NCBI GenBank assembly: GCA_951406725.2
Contig: OX597817.1
Coordinates: forward strand, 67,332,001-67,396,000
Direction: 5' to 3'
Length of the DNA stretch: 64,000 bases
From: Octopus vulgaris
Lineage: Eukaryota
Under the pieces are notes generated by a model. That model did no database searches and was not told the origin of the DNA. It was given only the letters and a program-made list of their open reading frames with translations. Position numbers and translations under genes: made by a program. Numbering within the stretch: position 1 is the first letter of the stretch; every line of letters starts with the position of its first letter. This document shows, one piece after another, positions 27,309-39,636 of the stretch.

Positions 27309-28006
27309 CAGTGGCGGCTCGTTTATAGGCACTGTGGAACTGCAGGGCCCCCTATTTCCACTCGATATTATCGATAGCATTCAATATAATGAGAGTCCTT
27401 TTTTCATTAATTCTTTCTTTATACTTGTACATTAAGTTTAATGTCAGTAGCCTTCCTCTAGTTTAAGAAAAAAGTACAAAAATCCTTGTATAGAACTGTG
27501 CGCTTCACAGTTCCAGTGATGTGGTGTTTGGCTGTTGTGCGCATGCTCACATGTTCGAGATAGGAAGCTGCACGCTAGGGAGAGAGAGAACTGTGGTTCA
27601 CGCAGTGCCGACCTTGGTGTGCTGGTGAAAGGTAGTGTTTCTTTTTGACTCCGTGTGTGTTGTGATAAAATCGTGCTTGTATTCTTGAATGTGATAAAGT
27701 GTAGAATAAGATTATTATCCTGCTTCCAGCTACGGTGTTGCTGCCAGGATTTGAAAAATAGGGCAGATTTCCCCACCTTATTTTGTGATTTTAGGGAGGA
27801 GTTTTTGAAAAACAAGGGGTAATTCGCGGCGATGTTCAGTGAACAAATTAAATGCACTTATCCGGCAGTGGCTAAAACGCGAACCGATCGAGTTTATGTA
27901 TAACTTTTCCATTTTTATGTTTGTTCCCTTCAACACAATATTAAAACAACGGCTAAACATTTTCTGAAACAGCATCCCCACTAATTCTATCTACGAGCCG
28001 CCACTG
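27309..28006. mobile_element. hAT-type MITE
   Basis: Perfect 14-bp TIR CAGTGGCGGCTCGT; 8-bp flanks ATTCTGAC / ATTCCAAC. Confidence 0.85.
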
Positions 28007-28442
28007 ATTCCAACATTCGAACAACCTAACCAATTCGCCACCAGCCTAAGCATACCGTACACTGGATCACATTAGTCAATATATCTCCCCTTTCCTTAGA
28101 TGACGGAATAATTTGGGGAAGATTTAGCTGCTATTTTTAGCAGGTTGAATCACCCTGCCCCCACCCATATACAGGTATTAACGTTGGCTATAAATTACAT
28201 TGCTATATTTTGTTTTACGTAGCTTTCTTCTGTGTCATTGTTTTCTCAATGTCGCCGTCGTTGCCGATGTAATACTTGTGATTGTCATTGTTACTCTTTT
28301 TCGCCTTCTTTCGTTTCGAACCGATTATTATTGAAATTGCTGTGCCGAAGGAATTGAGTACTGTATTTCGATTTCAATAGCTACACACAATGCACCGTAT
28401 ATAACCGCAAACCCCATACAATTGCTCGGCTTGCGCCCATGT

Positions 28443-28803
<361 letters not shown>

Positions 28804-29244
28804 TTCGCCCCTTGTCTGTCGATATTCAGTGATATTTTTATTTCCCACGCTTGCAATAATACCATTCTGTAACAATATGTGTGCACAACAGAAAGAGAGA
28901 GAGAGAGAGAGAGAGGGGGGGAGGAGCGACAGAGAGAGGGGGAGAGAGAAGAAAAGTGAGTGAGAGAGAGACGGATAGGGACAGAGAAAGACGAAGAAAA
29001 AGTGGAAAAAGCGCAGACTATGTTTGTGTGTGCGTGTGTATGTGTGTGTGTGTGTGTGTGTGGGTGTGTGTACGTATATGTATGTATGCGTGCGTATTTA
29101 TATGTGTACGCGTTCGTATGCAACTCTATATTTAAAAATGCGTGCGCACACATACATATGTATGTGTGCTCATATGGATTTGTAGCGATCTCACCTTTAT
29201 CTTGCCTTTTCTGACTTTTCCTCTCTTCCGATCTCTCTCACTCA

Positions 29245-29288
<44 letters not shown>

Positions 29289-29671
29289 TTCTCTCTCACC
29301 CTTTCAGTCTTTCACTTTCTCCCTCTCTCACTTACTTTCCATCCCTCTCACTTCTTCTCCTCTCTTTCATTCTCCCACCCCTTCTATTTCCTATTCTTTC
29401 AGGTTTGGTCTTTATGAGAATGTTTACCTTTTGGTTAAGTACACCAGCCTAAATAAGCAGCTGGTCTTAACAGAAAATAACCGATACGCGGATGGTCATA
29501 ACAGAATCGGGCGGAGAAACTTGCCGGCAGAATTTTGTTTGTTTTAACCTTTTATTTATTTATTTATATATTTATTTATTTATTTATTTATTTGGCATCG
29601 TGAGCACTTGCGTTGCGTCATTGTTCACGCTGAACGTAGACTTGTGCTTGCAATGTAAGTATTGCTGTATT

Positions 29672-29746
<75 letters not shown>

Positions 29747-29934
29747 TTGTTTCAGTCATTTGACTGCGGCCATGCTGAAGCACCGCCTTTTATCGAGCAA
29801 CTCGATTCTTTGTAAGCCCAGTACTTATTCTATCGGTCTCTTTTGCCGAACCGCTAATTAACGGGGACATAAACATACCAGCATCGGTTGTCAAGCAATG
29901 CTAGGGGACAAACACAGACACACAAACACACACA

Positions 29935-30010
<76 letters not shown>

Positions 30011-30013
<3 letters not shown>

Positions 30014-31062
30014 CCTTCAACAATATAACATATATATTCACTTTATTTATTTTTTATTTTATTGTATTGTTATCAATCTCTGCATTTGGTCTTCTAATTA
30101 TTTATTTATTTGCCTATTTAAGTGTGGATGTTTACATACATATCAAGTCATCTAATTTGTTATCTATTTATTTTTTACTTATTTACTTATACTAGGGTAG
30201 TTTTATACATACATATCTATCATTTATTTTTATTTAGATTTTAATAATATATGTATACATATATACTGGTTTGTACTTATAATATGTGTATAACCGTATT
30301 TATTCCTTCGTGTTTATTCCTTCTTATTCATTTTATCGCATTTTATCTTAAGTATTTATAATATAAATTTTTTTAAAATTTCTGTGATGTTCTCATAAAC
30401 GTTTACATTAGTACTTCCCCTTCTATTTTTTAATACCTAAACTGGTATATTATGGCATTAAATTTATTAAGTAAATATGTGATTTATTTATAATATATAA
30501 ATTAATATATATTTTATATTTTTTATTTTATATTTTAGCGTACTTGGAATCATAACAAACTTACGATAAATCTAACAACCGTATGTTTACTATGCAACAA
30601 ACCGGTGTTATAAATTTTAAGTTACCCATGAAATAATTATCTGACTTAGTAACATACTGATATTTAAAAATATATTTATATCTAAATTAAATATTTTATG
30701 AAAGGCATGGATGGTTCTTTTTCGTTATTTGAAGCACAGTTATAATTTTGTAGGACTAAATGGTAGCATAGTTGCTTCCCTTTTTGTTTATCTATGTGCT
30801 AGTTGTTGCTTGTGATTATGTATGCGTATAAGTGTATGTATATACATATAACTATGTGTGTATGTGCGATTGATCTGTAGATGCGTGTGTGAATATTGGC
30901 GTTCCTTGACTAACCAACCGTATAATTTTCTTTTGTGATTTAAATTTCAAACCAATAGCCAATCGAATTAATCTAAATTTTCTTTACCTAGTGGTCAGCA
31001 TTTCTAAACTCATAGTTATTTCGTTCTTGAAAGGATGGACTTTGTGCAAACTTAACTGTATC

Positions 31063-31117
<55 letters not shown>

Positions 31118-31761
31118 ATTATAGTAATTTTTATTAACTTTTATAGCTTTAGAATTTTATGAACTGAACCATGGTTTTAATTATTTTTCATCTCCCTATG
31201 TGTTAGGTTTTTTTTAAAAAAAATATTAGCCAAATATGTATAATATCGGTACTTATTAATATTAATATTAATATATACACTGATATATATTTTGTTTTAT
31301 TTTGTTCTGTTTACCTTCCTTTATTGTACCAATGTGTATTATATTATATAAGTGTAGCATTATGATGTATAAGTTTTTATATTTTACATTTTTATATTTT
31401 TATATTTATATGTATATGATTATATAATAATTTTCACAATTATAACAAATTTAATTTAATTCTCTGAAGAGGCCGTGGGGCATCCTTGTTAATGCCTCAT
31501 TTATACCTGCCTTTATGGCTTATAGGTTAAATGAGGTATGACTGCCCTCACTGCCGAAACAGCTGTCAGTTTTGATTAATTGCATATTATATTTGAAAAT
31601 TTTTTACTTATATCTCTTTATCTTTTTACTATTAATGTATATCTCTTTTTGTATAATGCCTCTACTCATATGTAATGGTGTATTAAAGTATTGATTGGGT
31701 ATCATCGGATAGTTGATGTTTTATTGATTTAAGTATGTTTCTCCATTCTCTAATTTTGTAG
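30011..31761 (+). mobile_element. AT-rich insertion with a hammerhead, probably a Penelope-like 3' region/pLTR
   Basis: Flanked by (TA)n on both sides, lies inside a SINE, and contains a type I HHR; no ORF. Confidence 0.65.
31458..31575 (+). ncRNA. Type I hammerhead with palindromic stem III and long stem II
   Basis: CTGAAGA 31464-31470; GGC/GCC closing pair; GTGGGGCA/TGCCCTCAC and ATGCCTCATTTA/TAAATGAGGTAT helices; GAAAC-AGCT-GTC 31556-31567. Confidence 0.8.
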
Positions 31762-32038
31762 TATATATATATATATATATACATATATACGACGGGCTTC
31801 TTTCAGTTTCCGTCTACCAAATCCACTCACTATGCTTTGGTCGGCTCGAGGCTATAGTAGAAGACACTTGCCCAAGGTGCCCCGCAGTGGGACTGAACCC
31901 GGAACCATGTGGTTGGTAGACAAGCTACTTACCACACAGCCACTCCTGTCTCTAGTAGCATATTCAATATCAGCGTGGAAGGTGTAAATAAGCAATTAAA
32001 AACACGCAACAATCGCTAGATTCACTTCAACATTTAAA

Positions 32039-32089
32039 TTTGTCAAAATATTTTCGTCGCTTTGAGACCGCGACCTGTTCACTTACAAA
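32039..32089 (-). ncRNA. Minimal hammerhead with G3-C8 core, diverged copy
   Basis: Minus strand TTTGTAA-GTGAACA-G-GTCGC-ggtctcaaa-GCGAC-GAAA-ATAT-TT-TGACAAA. Confidence 0.6.
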
Positions 32090-32105
32090 ATTCTGTGCAC
32101 GGAGT

Positions 32106-32235
32106 GGAGGTGCAATGGCCCAGTGGTTAGGGCAGCGGACTCGCGGTCGTAGGATCGCGGTTTCGATTCCCAGACCGGGCATTGTGAGTGTTTATTGAGC
32201 GAAAACACCTAAAGCTTCACAAGGCTCCTGCAGGG
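32106..32235 (+). mobile_element. SINE family A, truncated
   Basis: Same tRNA-like head as 5517. Confidence 0.85.
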
Positions 32236-32301
32236 TGTAGTGGACCCTCATCGTCGTAACCAATGGAGTGCTCCTCTCTGTGCACGGAATTTTGTCAGTG
32301 A

Positions 32302-32334
<33 letters not shown>

Positions 32335-32350
32335 TACATATATATATATT

Positions 32351-32558
32351 TCTTTTTTACTTGTTTCAGTCATTTGACTGCGGCCATGCTGGAGCACCGC
32401 CTTTAGTCGAGCAAATTGACCCCGGGACTTATTCTTTGTAAGCCCAGTACTTATTCTATCGGTCTTTTTTGCCGAACCGCTAAGTGACGGGAACGTAAAC
32501 ACACCAGCATCGGTTGTCAAGCAATGCTAGGGGGACAAACACAGACACACAAACACAT

Positions 32559-32599
<41 letters not shown>

Positions 32600-32763
32600 C
32601 GACAGGCTTCTTTCAGTTTCCGTCTACCGAATCCACTCACAAGGCATTAGTCGGCCTGGGGCTATAGCAGAAGACACTTGCCCAAAATGCCACGCAGTGT
32701 GACTGAACCCGGAACCATGTGGTTGGTAAGCAAGCTACTTACCACACAGCCTCTCCTGCGCCT
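32351..32763 (-). mobile_element. SINE family B, full length
   Basis: Reverse complement of 7496-7910. Confidence 0.9.
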
Positions 32764-32788
32764 ATAATAAATGCTAAAATACGTACAC

Positions 32789-33050
32789 ATAGGACAGACA
32801 CAGAAGGACCCTAATTCTTCATCAGTTATCGACCGAAATACTAATACACAGTTTCATGCCTATAAGGATAAGACTGAGAACTTCGCATATCGGCGGCACC
32901 CGCAAAATTTGTGGAGAATTAGGTCTCGAGCCCTACAGAATGCCGCCGTTATGCGAAGATCTAAGTTTTATCGTTAAATGCATGAAACTGTGTATTAGTC
33001 TTTCGGTCAATAACTGATGAAGAATTAGGGTTCTTCTGTGTCTGTCCTAT
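32789..33050. repeat. ~260-bp imperfect fold-back made of two opposed copies of an HHR-bearing repeat
   Basis: ataggacagacacagaa...ggca (32789-32898) is inverted at tgcc...ttctgtgtctgtcctat (32941-33050). Confidence 0.9.
32807..32925 (-). ncRNA. Candidate non-circularly permuted hammerhead, best-preserved copy
   Basis: Minus strand: CCTAATTCT - hairpin - GTGCC - GCCGATATGC - CAGT C TTATC - GGCAT GAA ACTG - GTATTTCGGT - GATAA CTGATGA AGAATTAGG. GUC triplet; predicted cut between 32872 and 32871. Confidence 0.75.
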
Positions 33051-33061
33051 ATATATATATT

Positions 33062-33386
33062 GAGGAGGAGATCCCTTTCGGTCATGAATAACCATGGAAT
33101 TGCACCTAGAAAGTTACCCCCCGAGGCACAAATCTGGGCTAGTTTGTGGAAGGGTTGTTTGTGGAAGGCCAGCAGTCGCCCATGCATACCAGCCACCCCT
33201 CTCCACACCACTGATGTTACCCAAGGGAAAGGCAAAGGCCGATACAGCTTGGCACCAGTGATGTTGCAACTCATTTCTACAGCTGAGTTAACTGGAGCAA
33301 CGTGAAATAAAGTGTCTTGCTCAAGAACACAACGCACAGCCCGGTCCGGGAATCGAACTCACAACCTCCTGATCGTAAGCTCGACG
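33062..33386 (-). mobile_element. tRNA-derived SINE related to family D, 5'-clipped
   Basis: Box B GAGTTCGATTCCC and TGTGTTCTTGAGCAAGACACTT block on the minus strand. Confidence 0.75.
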
Positions 33387-33619
33387 GAAAGCAAGCTTCT
33401 TACTACACAGTCACGCCTAAGCCTTAAAAAGCTGTCAGAAGAGGGCCACGGGAGTCAAATCTGTATTCCTTAGATACAGGCTGAGTACTCTACCGTTAAG
33501 CTAAACGTTCTTACACACAAAGATACACACACATACTAACGGTTTTACACTCACACACCCGCACACACACATACACACGGTCTTACACACTCACATACAC
33601 ATACAGGGATATATGTGTG

Positions 33620-34090
33620 TGTGTAAGAATTTTGCTTCCCAGCCACATAGTTCCGGGTTTAGTTCCACTGCGTGGCACGTTGGGCAAATATTTTCTGCTT
33701 TAGCCTCGAGCCGACCAAAGCTTTGTGAGTGCATTTGATAGGCGGAAACGGAATGAAGCTCGTCGCACATATAATATGTGCGTGTGAGTGAGTGTGTGTG
33801 TGTATGTGTGTGTATGAGTGTGAGTGTGTGTGTGTGTGTGTGTGTATGTGTGTGTGTGTGTGTGTGCATGCGTCTTTGTGTCTGCTTTTGTAACCCGCCC
33901 ATCGTTTGACAACCGGTGTTAGAGTGCTTACGCCATCGTAGCTTAACGGTTCGGCAAAGAGACCGGTAAAATAAGTACCAGGCTTAAAGAAAAATAATAG
34001 TGAGGTCGATTCATTCGACAAGAAATTCTTCAAGTCGGTGCCCCAGAATGACCGCAGTCTCATGACTGAAACAAGTAAAAGATAAAAGAT
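33620..34090 (+). mobile_element. SINE family B, diverged
   Basis: Recognisable head, (TG)n middle and GACTGAAACAAGTAAAAGA tail. Confidence 0.75.
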
Positions 34091-34866
34091 ATATGTCCAT
34101 AAACAAGTATACACAGTACTCATACACAAGCATATATATATATATAAGAATTTAAAAATGAGATAAGAACGCAACAGGCGACAACAAAACATCCAGACAG
34201 TTGCTTGCAAAACAGTGAGTCGTTTGCAGAGGCAAAAGCTGTAGATGCTAGAAAAGCGACAGTGACTAGAGAAGCGATCAAGCCATAAAGATGGCGGCAA
34301 AAGAAAGAAGTTCCAACATGCAAGGAACTTGGGTGTTGATCAGGCACCAAAGGAAGAAAATGCATGGAACGCTACGTGATACAAGGAAAAATGTGTTTAT
34401 GAGAGGTGGTTTGAGCGTCCTACAAACCAGCGAAAAAACTGATGATAAATACACGTAAGGAGCTTTTTGTCGGATGAGAAATAAACATTCACTGTATGCA
34501 AGTTAATGACATTAAATTGCACTAATTATAGCCGGTAATGACCGTAGTATGCATTATACACTGATGTTGTAATTCAAAGCTCACAAAAATATCAAGGAGT
34601 AATATACTACTAAGACAGAAAATTACGAAGGGTGAAATGGACAAACTGAGAAAAAGATTAAACTTTCCTCCTACTGAAATTTAAAGCACAATACGTTATT
34701 TCCAAGTAAAGGCAACTGGGGCTATAAAAGAAATTTTTAAACTAGTCCTTAGCAGTTCGACGAATTTTAATTGCATTATGAGATATATTGAAACTGTTTG
34801 GAGGAAGTGCCTCACTTGATATAAACTCTCTCTGGTGTAAGTGAAATACTGAATGAAGAGTAAAAT

Positions 34867-35249
34867 GGAAGCATTCCGTCGGTTATGACGACGAGGGTTC
34901 CGGTTGATCCGAATCAACGGAACAGCCTGCTCGTGAAATTAACGTGTAAGTGGCTGAGCACTCCACAGAAACGTGTACCCTTAACGTAGCTCTCGGGGAT
35001 ATTCAGCGTGACACAGAGAGTGACAAGGCCGGCCTTTTGAAATACAGGTACAACAGAAACAGGAAGTAAGAGTGAGAGAAAGTTGTGGTGAAAGAGTACA
35101 GCAGGGATCACCACCATCCCTGCAGGAGCCTTGTGGAGCTTTAGGTGTTTTCGGTCAATAGACACTCACAACGCCCGGTCTGGGAATCGAAACCGCGATC
35201 CTATGACCGCGAGTCCGCTGCCCTAACCACTGAGCCATTGCGCCTCCAC
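34867..35249 (-). mobile_element. SINE family A, full length, with 12-bp TSD
   Basis: TSD GAAGAGTAAAAT at 34855-34866 and 35250-35261. Confidence 0.93.
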
Positions 35250-36087
35250 GAAGAGTAAAATAAGCAATTAGCTGAGCCAGTTGCTATTGCTTAGCTCCCA
35301 TCTCCAAGTCAACTCTAATCATGTAGACTATAATCAATGGTATTGTATCTTGTCTTTGTAGTGGTATGGTGGATTGTGCTATCAAATAGATAATGTGTAC
35401 TTTCTTTTGAGAAAGTATGGTGTGATTTCAGTAAATATTGGCTGCTATTTCTTGCAGATCTAGCGACCACATACAAGGGTTCTCTTCAGCAATGCAGTCT
35501 AGCATGGGAAAATGCCAAGAACAGCAATCGCAACACAGTACCGACTACAGATAAAATTAACCTAATATCAATACCAAGATCTGACAATTTACTGGAAATT
35601 TTCCTAAAATACTAAAAAGAAAAGTTGGGGGTTCGATCCAAACTGCTTGAAATACTCCTTCAATATAGCTTGCTTAACGTACGTTTATAGTTGAAAAACC
35701 AGAGACGACGGTTTTTCAGTCGGGGGAAAAATCCCTTTATAATCACATTGTGTTAAAAAACAAACAAAATAATATACTTAAGAGATAAGCGAAATGAAAT
35801 CACTCCCGAAAGTGACCGCGATAGTTATTTCACTGTTGCTACGTACTTGTGTCACTTCAGCAACGAAATCGAATCAGTTTGAAGAATTTATATATATAAT
35901 CTATAAACTGATTTGCGAAGGCGCCACATGTATTTTCTGGAAAATGGTGCGCTTATACCACTAAAATAATATAACTAAAAGGAAGCATAACAATTCTTCA
36001 ACAAAAGAAAAGAAGTAGAGTAAGCTCTAAAAATTGCAAGAAATTTCTCTGACCACACATAATGTATGTGTTATAATCCCGGTTAGT

Positions 36088-36722
36088 TTGACAGATCGAT
36101 AGCTCTTTCTCGATTCTGTGGGTGGTGGTGCATGGCCGTTCTTGGTGGTGGGATCCGTCTAGTTGATTCCGATAATGAACGAGATTTCGGCTTGCTAACT
36201 AGCACATTGATTAGTGCTTTTCCGGTGGCGCGGCGGCGCCGAAACCATCGTCGGTAGCCCCGCGCACTGCCCGGGCTTGCCGTTGCCGCCGCTCTCCTTC
36301 GCGTCCGGTGCTACAGCCGCATCTGGCTGCAGCCCCCTCGCGGGGCGGTCGTGGCGTGGTTGCAGCGTCAGTTGTGGAGCGGTGGAGGTTATCCGATCGA
36401 CTCAGCCCGTGCAAGCCCGACGGCGGCACGCCGTCGCGTCCGGGCCAGTCGGTTGGCGAACACAGCACTTTTTAGAGGGACGGGTGGCAGAAAGTCGCAC
36501 GAGGCGGAGCGATAACAAGTCTGTGATGCCCTTAGATGTCCGAGGCCGCATGCGCGCTACACTGGAAGTATCAGCGGGCACATCTCCCCCGGCCCGAGAT
36601 GGTCGGGAAACCTATGAACCACCTGCTGAGATAGGGATCAGGGCCTGGAACCAACCCCGTGAACGAAGAATTCCCAGTAGGTGCTGGTCATCAGCTCGCG
36701 TCAATCACGTCCCTGTCCTTTG
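36088..36722 (+). pseudogene. 18S rRNA pseudogene fragment (V7-V8 region)
   Basis: GATAGCTCTTTCTCGATTCTGTGGGTGGTGGTGCATGGCCGTTCTT, ATAACAAGTCTGTGATGCCCTTAGATGTCC and GAATTCCCAGTA...ACGTCCCTG.CCTTTG, with lesions in conserved blocks. Isolated from any rDNA unit. Confidence 0.95.
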
Positions 36723-36730
36723 CAATATAA

Positions 36731-37130
36731 AGGCGCAGGAGTGGCTGTGTGGTAAGAAGCTTGCTTTCCAACCACTTGATTCCAGGTTCAGTCTCACTGT
36801 ATGGCACTGTGGGCAAGTGTCCTCTACTATAGCCTCGGGCCGACCAAAACCTTGTAAGTGAGTTTGGTAGACGGAAACTGAAAGAAGCCTGTCGTATGTA
36901 TATGTATATATATATATTTATATTTGTGTCTGTGTGTGTTCCCCACCATCGCTTGACAACCGATGTTGATGTGCTTACGCCCCCGTTACTTTGCAGTTCG
37001 GCAAAAGATACCGATAGAACAAGTACTGGGCTTACAAAGAATAAGTCCTGGGGTTGATTTGTTCGACTAAATGCGGTGCTCCAGCATGGCCGCAGTCAAA
37101 TTACTTAAACCAGTAAAAGAATAAAAGAAT
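36731..37130 (+). mobile_element. SINE family B, full length
   Basis: Same structure as 7496-7910. Confidence 0.9.
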
Positions 37131-37998
37131 ATCGGAAATGTCGGGAGGAACTGATTTACGTTCCGAGAAGAGAATGACTTTGTTTCGTGATACTCAGAGC
37201 AATTCCTGCCCAGTTAGAAGCTGCCTCACGCAACAGCTGCCTCATCACGACAGGATGTTAACACAGATAGACAATCAGCAAAAGCATTTGTCATATATCA
37301 AGTCTTTCTGAAATCTCTTCACAAAGTTTGATTATAAGATAATGCCACCGGCTGCGGAACCTAGCTAAGCATAGTTGGAAATCTAAAAAAGTTATTGCAT
37401 AACCTTTTAAAGAAAAGAATTTATTGCGACCAGTGTAGATTTTAAAGAAATTAGCAAATGTTAGTAGAATATCTGAAGAAAAAAATCTGTCGTGGGTCCG
37501 TTACTCTTTCCAATTGTACTCTCAGACATATCATTCGCTATTACAACACTCACATCGACTACTTTATGTTGATAGTACTAAAATATGAAAAGCCAAGCAG
37601 AGTCCTTTAAGATCTCAAAAATTTATAAGATTCCCTTCATAAGATATACAGGTCGGATGATTAAAAAATACGCACTTCAATGTTGGAAGGTGTTGAGTAT
37701 TTCGCAGACGACCTCCACAAAAAAAAAAAAAAAGAAAATTACGAAGGCACAACAAAAGAAACACAGCATCGTCAACACGAAACCACCAAACTTGTAAACT
37801 AAAGAACTCACCTAGCATATGCATTTTTATGTAAGCATGAAAGTTGTAAACATCATGACTCAAACTGTAACAGTTAGTATAAAATGTACAATACTTTCTC
37901 ACCGACCGAACATGCATTTTACAAGGAGATCGTGCAGTACATTGCAATGAGAAAGCCGATCAAAATTTGGCAGAAAAACATTTGTTGATAATACATCT

Positions 37999-38381
37999 GG
38001 AAGCACTCCGTCGGTTACGACGACGAGGGTTCCGGTTGATCCGAATCAACGGAACAACCTGCTCGTGAAATTAACGTGTAAGTGGCTGAGCACTCCACAG
38101 ACACGTGTACCCTGAACGTAGTTCTCGGAGATATTCAGCGTGACACAGAGAGTGACAAGGCCAGCCCTTTGAAATACAGGTACAACTGAAACAGGAAGTA
38201 AGAGTGAGAGAAAGTTGTGGTGAAAGAGTACAGCAGGGATCACCACCATCCCCTGCCGGAGCCTCGTGAAGCTTTAGGTGTTTTCGCTCAATAAACACTC
38301 ACAACGCCCGGTCTGGGAATCGAAACCGCGATCCTATGACCGCGAGTCCGCTGCCCTAACCACTGGGCCATTGCGCCTCCC
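37999..38381 (-). mobile_element. SINE family A, full length, with 11-bp TSD
   Basis: TSD ATAATACATCT at 37988-37998 and 38382-38392. Confidence 0.93.
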
Positions 38382-38650
38382 ATAATACATCTATCTTCTA
38401 TTGAAATACATACATGTAAGTGTATGTGCAAGCGTGTTTGTATGTGCGCGCGCGTGTGTAAGGGAGAGATAGTGGTAGAGAGAGTGTGTATGTGTATGTG
38501 TGTGTATGGGTAAATGTGTGTGTATCTTCATTGAACACCTCTTCGATTGTCGTTTTTGTGCTTAATATTTCTAAGCTTTCTCATTCACGAGATTTCGCTT
38601 GTTGTGCCCTCTTTGTCTCTTAATCCCACTTTTGTTATTTGTCTGACGTT

Positions 38651-38739
<89 letters not shown>

Positions 38740-38743
38740 GATG

Positions 38744-38990
38744 TGGAGGCGTGTGGCTTAATGGTTAGGGTGTCAGCATCATGATCGTAAGATTGTGGTT
38801 TCGATTCCTGGACCGAGCGACGCGTTTTGTTCTTGAGCAAAACACTTCATTTCACGTTACTCCAGTCCACTCAGCTGGCAAAAATGAGTAACGCTGCGAT
38901 GGACTGGTGTCCCGTCCAGCTGGGGAACACATTCGCCATAGAAGCCGGGCCCATGAGCCTGGCTAGGCTTTAAAACAGGCGCATTTATAT
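38744..38990 (+). mobile_element. SINE family D
   Basis: Box A TGGCTTAATGG, box B GGTTTCGATTCC; homologous to 20560-20800. Confidence 0.88.
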
Positions 38991-39636
38991 TTTTAATTTC
39001 TATCTATCCATCCGTCCGTCCGTCCATCCATCCATCTATCTCCCCATCCCTCCCAGTGTTTGACTGATACGTATTACACCGACCTCAAAAAGGATGAAGA
39101 GCAAAGTCGATACTGGTGGAATTTGAACTCGTTCTGAGTAAAACTAGAAATGCCGATTAGCATTTTGTCCGGTGTTCTAGCGATTTTGCCAGCTCACCGC
39201 CTTTGTAACTATAATGATAATGCTTTCTTCTATAGGGACAATGGCTGAAATTTTTCGGTGACGGACCAGCCGATTACAAAGATCGTTAATGCTCAGCTTG
39301 TACTTAATTTATCGATCTCGAAAGGATAAAACGCAAATTCGACATCGGCGGAATTTGAACTCAGAAGAAAAAACCGACTGAAATGCCGCTAAGCATATTG
39401 TACGATGTCCCAACGATAATTATAATGACAATAAAAATTGCTTCAAGCCGAAAACTTCTCAAATTGCATCTCAATGTTTCAGATTTTACCGATTCTCAGC
39501 CAACAAAAATAGATAAATAAATAAAATAAGACAAATAAAAAAAAAATAAAAGAAAGAAGCGAAGATTAAAATAGAAATAAATCAGGTTGCCTTATATTTA
39601 TATATGAAACAGAACCCGTTCGATATACGAGGTTCA

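Larger units (their letters stand above)
29740..31948 (-). mobile_element. SINE family B split at its internal (TA)n by a 1.75-kb insertion
   Basis: The 3' half (29740-29937) and 5' half (~31788-31948) are colinear with the intact copy at 32351-32763. Confidence 0.85.

Noticed and set aside
34160-34720. Possible decayed transposase or host exon; similar islands at 12915-13560, 44760-45300 and 53560-54580
   Set aside because: No recognisable motif or sustained frame by eye; needs tBLASTx or HMM searches.
36211-36861. 215-aa and 85-aa GC-rich ORFs
   Set aside because: They overlap the 18S pseudogene expansion segment and a SINE; they are open because of GC content.
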